DNA of 64,000 nt from NCBI GenBank assembly GCA_964016885.1, contig OZ024740.1:422902001-422966000 (forward strand), read 5' to 3'. Positions 51,121-62,000 of this stretch are shown here, piece after piece. Under the pieces are notes generated by a model. That model was not told where the DNA came from and made no database searches. It saw only the letters and a list, made by a program, of their open reading frames with translations. The number at the start of each line of letters is the position of its first letter. The first letter of the stretch is position 1. The translations under genes were made by a program, and so were the position numbers. This DNA comes from Eledone cirrhosa. Taxonomy: Eukaryota.

Positions 51121-54100
51121 AGAGAGTGGTTGTCAGGTCTGGATGTAAGGAGAGCTAGACCTTAGGAAAGAGAGGAGGTGTTGATAGAGAAGGTCAGAAG
51201 TGTGGAGAGAGTGGTTGGCAGGTCTGGATGTAAGGAGAGCTAGACCTTAGGACAGAGAGGAGGTGTTGATAGAGAAGGTCAGAAGTGAGGAGAGAGAGGT
51301 TGGCAGCTCTGGATGTAAGGAGAGCTAGACCTTAGGACAGAGAGGAGGTGATGATGGGGAAGGTCAGAAGTGTGGAGAGAGTGGTTGACAGGTCTGGATG
51401 TAAGGAGAGCTAGACCTTAGGACTAAGAGGAGATGTTGATAGAGAAGGTCAGAAGTGTGGAGAGAGTGGTTGACAGGTCTGGATGTAAGGAGAGCTAGAC
51501 CTTAGGACAGAAGGAAGGTGTTGATAGAGAAGGTCAGAAGTGTGGAGAGAGTGGTTGACAGGTCTGGATGTAAGGAGAGCTGGATCTTAGGACAGAGAGG
51601 AGGTGTTGATTGAGTAGGTCAGAAGTGTGGAGAGAGTGGTTGACAGGTCTGGATGTAAGGAGTGCTAGACCTTAGGACTGAGAGGAGGTGTTGATTGAGT
51701 AGGTCAGAAGTGTGGAGAGAGTGGTAGAGAGGTCTGGATGTAAGGAGAGCTAGACCTTAGGACAGAGAGGAGGTGTTGATAGAGAAGGTCAGACGTGTGG
51801 AGAGAGTGGTTGACAGGTCTGGATGTAAGGAGAGCTGGACCTTAGGACAGAGAGGAGGTGTTGATAGAGAAGGTCAGATGTGTGGAGAGAGTGGTTGACA
51901 GGTCTGGATGTAAGGAGAGCTAGACCTTAGGACAGAGAGGAGGTGTTGATAGAGAAGGTCAGAAGTGTGGAGAGAGTGGTAGAGAGGTCTGGATGTAAGG
52001 AGAGCTGGACCTTAGGACATAGAGGAGGTGTTGATAGAGAAGGTCAGAAGTGTGGAGAGAGTGTTTGACAGGTCTGGATGTAAGGAGAGCTAGACTTTAG
52101 GACAGAGAAGAGGTGTTGATGGAGAAGGTCAGAAGTTGGGAGAGAGTGGTTTACAGGTTTGGATGTAAGGACAGCTGGACCTTAGGACAGAGAGGAGGTG
52201 TTGATAGAGAAGGTCAGAAGTGTGGAGAGAGTGGTTGACAGGTCTGGATGTAAGGAGAGCTAGACCTTAGGAAAGAGAGGAGGTGTTGATAGAGAAGGTC
52301 AGAAGTGTGGAGAGAGGGGTTGACAGGTCTGGATGTAAGGAGAGCTAGACCTTAGGAAAGAGAGGAGGTGTTGATAGAGAAGGTCAGAAGTGTGGAGAGA
52401 GTGGTTGACAGGTCTGGATGTAAGGAGAGCTAGACCTTAGGACAGAGAGGAGGTGTTGATGGAGAAGGTAAGAAGTGTGGAGAGAGTGGTTGACAGGTCT
52501 GGATGTAAGGAGAGCTGGATCTTAGGACAGAGAGGAGATGTTGATAGAGAAGGTCAGGAGTGTGGAGAGAGTGGTTGACAGGTCTGGATGTAAGGAGAGC
52601 TGGACCTTAGGACAGAGAGGAGATGTTGATAGAGAAGGTCAGAAGTGTGGAAAGAGTGGTTGACAGGTCTGGATGTAAGGAGAGCTAGACCTTAGGAGAG
52701 AAAGGAGGTGTTGATGGAGAAGGTCAGAAGTGTGGAGAGAGTGGTAGAGAGGTCTGGATGTAAGGAGAGCTGGACCTTAGGACATAGAGAAGGTGTTGAT
52801 AGAGAAGGTCAGATGTGTGGAGAGAGTGGTTGACAGGTCTGGATGTAAGGAGAGCTGGACCTTAGGACAGAGAGGAGATGTTGATAGAGAAGGTCAGGAG
52901 TGTGGAGAGAGTGGTTGACAGGTCTTAATGTAAGGAGAGCTGGACCTTAGGACGGAGAGGAGGTGTTGATAGAGAAGGTCAGAAGTGTCGAAAGAGTGGT
53001 TGACAGGTCTGGATGTAAGGAGAGCTAGACCTTAGGACAGAAGGGAGGTGTTGATAGAGGTCAGAAGTGTGGAGAGAGTGGTTGACAGGTCTGGATGTAA
53101 GGAGAGCTAGACCTTAGGACTGAGAGGAGGTGATGATGGAGAAGGTAAGAAGTGTGGAGAGAGTGGTTGACAGGTCTGGATGTAAGGAGAGCTAGACCTT
53201 AGGACAGAGAGGAGCTGTTGATGGAGAAGGTAAGAAGTGTGGAGAGAGTGGTTGACAGGTCTGGATGTAAGGAGAACTAGACCTTAGGACAGAGAGGAGG
53301 TGTTGATAGAGAAGGTAAGAAGTGTGGAGAGAGTGGTTGACAGGTCTGGATGTAAGGAGAACTAGACCTTAGGACAGAGAGGAGGTGTTGATAGAGAAGG
53401 TAAGAAGTGTGGAGAGAGTGGTTGACAGGTCTGGATGTAAGGAGAACTAGACCTTAGGACAGAGAGGAGGTGTTGATAGAGAAGGTCAGAAGTGTGGAGA
53501 GAGTGGTTGACAGGTCTGGATGTAAGGAGAGCTGGACCTTAGGACAGAGAGGAGGTGTTGATGGAGAAGGTAAGAAGTGTGGAGAGAGTGGTTGACAGGT
53601 CTGGATGTAAGGAGACCTAGACCTTCGGAAAGAGAGGAGGTGTTGATAGACAAGGTCAGAAATGTGGAGAGAGTGGTAGAGAGGTCTGGATGTAAGGAGT
53701 GCTTGACCTTAGGACAGAGAGGAGGTGTTGATAGAGAAGGTCAGAAGTGCGGAGAGAGTGGTAGAGAGGTCTGGATGTAAGGAGAGCTGGATCTTAGGAC
53801 GGAGAGGAGGTGTTGATAGAGTAGGTCAGAAGTGTCGAAAGAGTGGTTGACAGGTCTGGATGTAAGGAGAACTGGACCTTAGGAAAGAGAGGAGGTGTTG
53901 ATAGAGAAGGTCAGATGTGTGGAGAGAGTGGTTGACAGGTCTGGATGTAAGGAGAGCTAGACCTTAGTACAGAAGGGAGGTGTTGATAGAGGTCAGAAGT
54001 GTGGAGAGAGTGGTTGACAGGTCTGGATGTAAGGAGAGCTGGATCTTAGGACAGAGAGGAGGTGTTGATAGAGAAGGTCAGAAGTGTGGAGAGAGTGGTT

Positions 54101-57100
54101 GACAGGTCTGGATGTAAGGAGAGCTAGACCTTAGGAATGAGAGGAGGTGTTGATAGAGAAGGTCAGACGTGTGGAGAGAGTGGTTGACAGGTCTGGATGT
54201 AAGAAGAGCTAGACCTTAGGACAGAGAGGAGGTGTTGATAGAGAAGGTCAGAAGTGTGGAGAGAGTGGTAGATAGGTCTGGATGTAAGGAGAGCTGGACC
54301 TTAGGACATAGAGGAGGTGTTGATAGAGAAGGTCAGAAGTGTGGAGAGATTGGTTGACAGGTCTGGATGTGAGGAGAGCTGGATCTTAGGACAGAGAGGA
54401 GGTGTTGATTGAGTAGGTCAGAAGTGTGGAGAGAGTGGTTGACAGGTCTGGATGTAAGGAGAGCTGGATCTTAGGACAGAGAGGAGGTGTTGATTGAGTA
54501 GGTCAGAAGTGTGGAGAGAGTGGTTGACAGGTCTGGATGTAAGGAGAGCTGGACCTTAGGATAGAGAGGAGGTGTTGATTGAGAAGGTCTGATTTTTCGA
54601 GAGATTGGTTGACAGGTCTGGATGTAAGGAGAGCTGGACCTTAGGACAGAGAGGAGGTGTTGATAGAGAAGGTCAGAAGTGTGGAAAGAGTGGTTGACAG
54701 GTCTGGATGTAAGGAGAGCTAGACCTTAGGAAAGAGAGGAGGTGTTGATAGAGAAGGTCAGAAGTGTGGAGAGAGTGGTTGACAGGTCTGGATGTAAGGA
54801 GAGCTAGACCTTAGGACAGAGAGGAGGTGTTGATGGAGAATGTAAGAAGTGTGGAGAGAGTGGTTGACAGGTCTAGATGTAAGGAGAGCTAGACCTTAGG
54901 AAAGAGAGGAGGTGTTGATAGAGAAGGTCAGAAGTGTGGAGAGAGTGGTTGACAGGTCTGGATGTAAGGAGAGCTAGACCTTAGGACAGAGAGGAGGTGT
55001 TGATAGAGAAGGTCAGAAGTGTGGAGAGAGTGGTTGACAGGTCTGGATGTAAGGAGAGCTAGACCTTAGGACAGAGAGGTGTTGATGGAGAAGGTAAGAA
55101 GTGTGGAGAGAGTGGTTGACAGTTCTGGATGTAAGGAGAGGTGGACCTTAGGACAGAGAGGAGGTGTTGATTGAGAAGGTCAGAAGTGTGGAGAGAGTGG
55201 TTGACAGGTCTGGATGTAAGGAGAGCTAGACCTTAGGACAGAGAGGAGGTGTTGATAGAGAAGGTAAGAAGTGTGGAGAGAGAGTGGTTGACAGGTCTGG
55301 ATGTAAGGAGAGCTGGACCTTCGGAAAGAGAGGAGGTGTTGATAGAGAAGGTCAGAAGTGTGGAGAGAGTGGTTGGCAGGTCTGGATGTAAGGAGAGCTA
55401 GACCTTAGGAAAGAGAGGAGGTGTTGATAGTGAAGGTCAGAAGTGTGGAGAGAGTGGTTGTCAGGTCTGGATGTAAGGAGAGCTAGACCTTAGGAAAGAG
55501 AGGAGGTGTTGATAGAGAAGGTCAGAAGTGTGGAGAGAGTGGTTGGCAGGTCTGGATGTAAGGAGAGCTAGACCTTAGGACAGAGAGGAGGTGTTGATAG
55601 AGAAGGTCAGAAGTGAGGAGAGAGAGGTTGGCAGCTCTGGATGTAAGGAGAGCTAGACCTTAGGACAGAGAGGAGGTGATGATGGGGAAGGTCAGAAGTG
55701 TGGAGAGAGTGGTTGACAGGTCTGGATGTAAGGAGAGCTAGACCTTAGGACTAAGAGGAGATGTTGATAGAGAAGGTCAGAAGTGTGGAGAGAGTGGTTG
55801 ACAAGTCTGGATGTAAGGAGAGCTAGACCTTAGGACAGAAGGAAGGTGTTGATAGAGAAGGTCAGAAGTGTGGAGAGAGTGGTTGACAGGTCTGGATGTA
55901 AGGAGAGCTGGATCTTAGGACAGAGAGGAGGTGTTGATTGAGTAGGTCAGAAGTGTGGAGAGAGTGGTTGACAGGTCTGGATGTAAGGAGAGCTAGACCT
56001 TAGGACTGAGAGGAGGTGTTGATTGAGTAGGTCAGAAGTGTGGAGAGAGTGGTAGAGAGGTCTGGATGTAAGGAGAGCTAGACCTTAGGACAGAGAGGAG
56101 GTGTTGATAGAGAAGGTCAGACGTGTGGAGAGAGTGGTTGACAGGTCTGGATGTAAGGAGAGCTGGACCTTAGGACAGAGAGGAGGTGTTGATAGAGAAG
56201 GTCAGATGTGTGGAGAGAGTGGTTGACAGGTCTGGATGTAAGGAGAGCTAGACCTTAGGACAGAGAGGAGGTGTTGATAGAGAAGGTCAGAAGTGTGGAG
56301 AGAGTGGTAGAGAGGTCTGGATGTAAGGAGAGCTGGACCTTAGGACATAGAGGAGGTGTTGATAGAGAAGGTCAGAAGTGTGGAGAGAGTGGTTGACAGG
56401 TCTGGATGTAAGGAGAGCTAGACTTTAGGACAGAGAAGAGGTGTTGATGGAGAAGGTCAGAAGTTGGGAGAGAGTGGTTTACAGGTTTGGATGTAAGGAC
56501 AGCTGGACCTTAGGACAGAGAGGAGGTGTTGATAGAGAAGGTCAGAAGTGTGGAGAGAGTGGTTGACAGGTCTGGATGTAAGGAGAGCTAGACCTTAGGA
56601 AAGAGAGGAGGTGTTGATAGAGAAGGTCAGAAGTGTGGAGAGAGTGGTTGACAGGTCTGGATGTAAGGAGAGCTAGACCTTAGGAAAGAGAGGAGGTGTT
56701 GATAGAGAAGGTCAGAAGTGTGGAGAGAGTGGTTGACAGGTCTGGATGTAAGGAGAGCTAGACCTTAGGACAGAGAGGAGGTGTTGATGGAGAAGGTAAG
56801 AAGTGTGGAGAGAGTGGTTGACAGGTCTGGATGTAAGGAGAGCTGGATCTTAGGACAGAGAGGAGATGTTGATAGAGAAGGTCAGGAGTGTGGAGAGAGT
56901 GCTTGACAGGTCTGGATGTAAGGAGAGCTGGACCTTAGGACAGAGAGGAGATGTTGATAGAGAAGGTCAGAAGTGTGGAAAGAGTGGTTGACAGGTCTGG
57001 ATGTAAGGAGAGCTAGACCTTAGGAGAGAGAGGAGGTGTTGATGGAGAAGGTCAGAAGTGTGGAGAGAGTGGTAGAGAGGTCTGGATGTAAGGAGAGCTG

Positions 57101-59045
57101 GACCTTAGGACATAGAGAAGGTGTTGATAGAGAAGGTCAGATGTGTGGAGAGAGTGGTTGACAGGTCTGGATGTAAGGAGAGCTGGACCTTAGGACAGAG
57201 AGGAGATGTTGATAGAGAAGGTCAGGAGTGTGGAGAGAGTGGTTGACAGGTCTTAATGTAAGGAGAGCTGGACCTTAGGACGGAGAGGAGGTGTTGATAG
57301 AGAAGGTCAGAAGTGTCGAAAGAGTGGTTGACAGGTCTGGATGTAAGGAGAGCTAGACCTTAGGACAGAAGGGAGGTGTTGATAGAGGTCAGAAGTGTGG
57401 AGAGAGTGGTTGACAGGTCTGGATGTAAGGAGAGCTAGACCTTAGGACTGAGAGGAGGTGATGATGGAGAAGGTAAGAAGTGTGGAGAGAGTGGTTGACA
57501 GGTCTGGATGTAAGGAGAGCTAGACCTTAGGACAGAGAGGAGCTGTTGATGGAGAAGGTAAGAAGTGTGGAGAGAGTGGTTGACAGGTCTGGATGTAAGG
57601 AGAACTAGACTTTAGGACAGAGAGGAGGTGTTGATAGAGAAGGTAAGAAGTGTGGAGAGAGTGGTTGACAGGTCTGGATGTAAGGAGAACTAGACCTTAG
57701 GACAGAGAGGAGGTGTTGATAGAGAAGGTAAGAAGTGTGGAGAGAGTGGTTGACAGGTCTGGATGTAAGGAGAACTAGACCTTAGGACAGAGAGGAGGTG
57801 TTGATAGAGAAGGTCAGAAGTGTGGAGAGAGTGGTTGACAGGTCTGGATGTAAGGAGAGCTGGACCTTAGGACAGAGAGGAGGTGTTGATGGAGAAGGTA
57901 AGAAGTGTGGAGAGAGTGGTTGACAGGTCTGGATGTAAGGAGACCTAGACCTTCGGAAAGAGAGGAGGTGTTGATAGACAAGGACAGAAATGTGGAGAGA
58001 GTGGTAGAGAGGTCTGGATGTAAGGAGTGCTTGACCTTAGGACAGAGAGGAGGTGTTGATAGAGAAGGTCAGAAGTGCGGAGAGAGTGGTAGAGAGGTCT
58101 GGATGTAAGGAGAGCTGGATCTTAGGACGGAGAGGAGGTGTTGATAGAGTAGGTCAGAAGTGTCGAAAGAGTGGTTGACAGGTCTGGATGTAAGGAGAAC
58201 TGGACCTTAGGAAAGAGAGGAGGTGTTGATAGAGAAGGTCAGATGTGTGGAGAGAGTGGTTGACAGGTCTGGATGTAAGGAGAGCTAGACCTTAGTACAG
58301 AAGGGAGGTGTTGATAGAGGTCAGAAGTGTGGAGAGAGTGGTTGACAGGTCTGGATGTAAGGAGAGCTGGATCTTAGGACAGAGAGGAGGTGTTGATAGA
58401 GAAGGTCAGAAGTGTGGAGAGAGTGGTTGACAGGTCTGGATGTAAGGAGAGCTAGACCTTAGGAATGAGAGGAGGTGTTGATAGAGAAGGTCAGACGTGT
58501 GGAGAGAGTGGTTGACAGGTCTGGATGTAAGAAGAGCTAGACCTTAGGACAGAGAGGAGGTGTTGATAGAGAAGGTCAGAAGTGTGGAGAGAGTGGTAGA
58601 TAGGTCTGGATGTAAGGAGAGCTGGACCTTAGGACATAGAGGAGGTGTTGATAGAGAAGGTCAGAAGTGTGGAGAGATTGGTTGACAGGTCTGGATGTGA
58701 GGAGAGCTGGATCTTAGGACAGAGAGGAGGTGTTGATTGAGTAGGTCAGAAGTGTGGAGAGAGTGGTTGACAGGTCTGGATGTAAGGAGAGCTGGATCTT
58801 AGGACAGAGAGGAGGTGTTGATTGAGTAGGTCAGAAGTGTGGAGAGAGTGGTTGACAGGTCTGGATGTAAGGAGAGCTGGACCTTAGGATAGAGAGGAGG
58901 TGTTGATTGAGAAGGTCTGATTTTTCGAGAGATTGGTTGACAGGTCTGGATGTAAGGAGAGCTGGACCTTAGGACAGAGAGGAGGTGTTGATAGAGAAGG
59001 TCAGAAGTGTGGAAAGAGTGGTTGACAGGTCTGGATGTAAGGAGA
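50390..59045 (+). repeat. Near-perfect tandem duplication of ~4.33 kb (51 monomers; offset 4325-4328 bp): ~50390-54715 / ~54716-59045
   Basis: Shared indels (~50752/~55078, ~50952/~55281, ~53059/~57386, ~53990/~58319) and rare variants (GGCAGCTCTGG, GACTAAG, TCTTAATG, GTCGAAAG, TTTTTCGAG 54590/58918). The two near-identical 67-aa ORFs (53577, 57905) are 4328 bp apart. Confidence 0.94.
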
Positions 59046-62000
59046 GCTAGACCTTAGGACAGAGAGGAGGTGATGATAGAGAAGATCAGAAGTGTGGAAA
59101 GAGTGGTTGACAGGTCTGGATGTAAGGAGAGCTAGACCTTAGGAAAGAGAGGAAGTGTTGATAGAGAAGGTCAGAAGTGTGGAGAGAGTGGTTGACAGGT
59201 CTGGATGTAAGGAGAGCAATACCTTATGACAGAGAGGAGGTGTTGATAGAGAAGGTCAGAAGTGTGGAGAGAGTGGTTGACAGGTCTGGATGTAAGGAGA
59301 GCTGGACCTTAGGACAGAGAGGAGATGTTGATAGAGAAGGTCAGAAGTGTGGAGAGAGTGGTTGACAGGTCTGGATGTAAGGAGAGCTGGACCTTAGGAC
59401 AGAGAGGAGGTGTTGTTAGAGAATGTCAGAAGTGTGGAGAGAGTGGTAGAGAGGTCTGGATGTAAGGAGAGCTAGACCTTAGGACAGAGAGGAGGTGTTG
59501 ATAGAGAAGGTCAGAAGTGTGGAGAGAGTGGTAGAAAGGTCTGGATGTAAGGAGAGCTGGACCTTACGACAGAGAGGAGATGTTGATAGAGAAGGTCAGA
59601 AGTGTGGAGAGAGTGGTTGACAGGTCTGGATGTAAGGAGAGCTGGACCTTAGGACAGAGAGGAGGTGATGTTAGAGAAGGTCAGAAGTGTGGAGAGAGTG
59701 GTAGAGAGGTCTGAATGTAAGGAGAGCTAGACCTTAGGACAGAGAGGAGGTGTTGTTAGAGAATGTCAGAAGTGTGGAGAGAGTGGTAGAGAGGTCTGGA
59801 TGTAAGGAGAGCTGGATCTTAGGACAGAGAGGAGGTGTTGATTGAGTAGGTCAGAAGTGTGGAGAGAGTGGTTGACAGGTCTGGATGTAAGGAGAGCTGG
59901 ACCTTAGGACAGAGAGGAGGTGTTGATAGAGAAGGTCAGAAGTATGGAGAGAGTGGTAGAGAGGTCTGGATGTAAGGAGAGATAGACCTTAGGACAGAGA
60001 GGAGGTGTTGATAGAGAAGGTCAAAAGTGTGGAGAGAGTGGATGACAGGTCTGGATGTAAGGAGTGCTAGACCTTAGGATAGAAGGGAGGTGTTGATAGA
60101 GGTCAGAAGTGTGGAGAGAGTGGTTGACAGGTCTGGATGTAAGGAGAGCTGGACCTTAGGACAGAGAGGAGGTGTTGATTGAGAAGGGCAAAAGTGTTGA
60201 GAGAGTGGTTGACAGGTCTGGATGTAAGGAGAGCTGGACCTTAGGACAGAGAGGAGGTGTTGATAGAGAAGGTCAGAAGTATGGAGAGAGTGGTAGAGAG
60301 GTCTCGATGTAAGGAGATCTAGACCTCAGGACAGAGAGGAGGTGTTGATAGAGAAGGTCAGATGTGTGGAGAGAGTGGTTGACAGGTCTGGATGTAAGGA
60401 GAGCTAGACCTTAGGACAGAAGGGAGGTGTCGATAGAGGTCAGAAGTGTGGAGAGAGTGGTACACAGGTCTGGATGTAAGGAGAGCTAGACCTTAGGACA
60501 GAGAGGATGTGTTGATAGTGAAGGTCAGAAGTGTGGAGAGAGTGGTTGACAGGTCTGGATGTAAGGAGAGCCGGACCTTAGGACAGAGAGGAGGTGTTGA
60601 TAGAGAATTTCAGAAGTGTGGAGAGAGTGGTTGACAGGTCTGGATGTAAGGAGAACTAGACCTTAGTATAGAGAGGAGGTGTTTATTGAGAAGCTCTGAT
60701 TTTTGGAGAGAGTGGTTGACAGGTCTGGATGTAAGGAGAGCTGGACCTTAGGACAGAGAGGAGGTGTTGATGGAGAAGGTCAGAAGTGTGGAGAGAGTGG
60801 TTGACAGGTCTCGATGTAAGGAGAGCTAGACCTTAGGACAGAGAAAAGGTGTTGATGGAGAAGGTCAGAAGTGTGGAGAGAGTTGTTGACAGGTCTGGAT
60901 GTAAGTAGAGCTGGACCTTAGGACAGAGAGGAGGTGTTGATAGAGAAGGTCAGAAGTGTGGAGAGAGTGGTTGGCAGGTCTGGATGTAAGGAGAGCTGGA
61001 CCTTGGACCTTAGGATAGAGAGGAGGTATTGATTGAGAAGGTCTGATTTTTGGAGAGAGTGGTTGACAGGTCTGGATGTAAGGAGAGCTGGACCTTAGGA
61101 CAGAGAGGAGATGTTGATAGAGAAGGTCAGAAGTGTGGAAAAAGTGGTTGACAGGTCTGGATGTAAGGAGAGCTAGACCTTAGGACAGAGAGGAGGTGTT
61201 GATAGAGAAGATCAGAAGTGTGGAGAGAGTGGTTGACAGGTCTGGATGTAAGGAGAGCTAGACCTGAGGACAGAGAGGATGTGTTGATAGAGAAGGTCAG
61301 AAGTGTGGAGAGAGTGGTTGAGAGGTTGGATGTAAGGAGAGCTGGACCTTAGGACAGAGAGGAGGTGTTGATAGAGAAGGTCAGAAGTGTGGAGAGAATG
61401 GTTGACAGGTCTGGATGTAAGGAGAGATGGACCTTAAGACAGAGAGGAGGTGTTGATAGAGAAGGTCAGAAGTGTGGAGAGAGTGGTTAACAGGTCTGGA
61501 TGTAAGGAGAGCTGGACCTTAGGACAGAGAGGAGGTGTTTATAGAGAAGGTCAGATATGTGGAGAGAGTGGTTGACAGGTCTGGATGTAAGGAGAGCTGG
61601 ACCTTAGGAGAGAGAGGAGATGTTGTTAGAGAAGGTCATAAGTGTGGAGAGAGTGGTTGACAGGTCTGGATGTAAGGAGAGCTAGACCTTAGGACAGAGA
61701 GGAGGTGTTGATAGAGAAGGTCAAAAGTGTGGAGAGAGTGGATGACAGGTCTGGATGTAAGGAGAGCTAGACCTTAGGACAGAAGGGAGGTGTTGATAGA
61801 GGTCTGAAGTGTGGAGAGAGTGGTAGAGAGGTCTGGATGTAAGAAGAGCTGGACCTTAGGACATAGAGGAGGTGTTGATAGAGAAGGTCAGAAGTGTGGA
61901 GAGAATGGTTGACAGGTCTGGATGTAAGGAGAGCTGGACCTTAGGACAGGGAGGAGGTGTTGATAGTGAAGGTCAGAAGTGTGGAGAGAGTGGTTGACAG

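Noticed and set aside
53577-59365. Three + strand ORFs of 62-67 aa (53577, 57905, 59177)
   Set aside because: They are translations of 2-3 satellite monomers starting at GTG, where point variants remove stops. Because 85 is not a multiple of 3, frames rotate into TAG/TAA/TGA. Two are copies within the 4.33-kb duplication.
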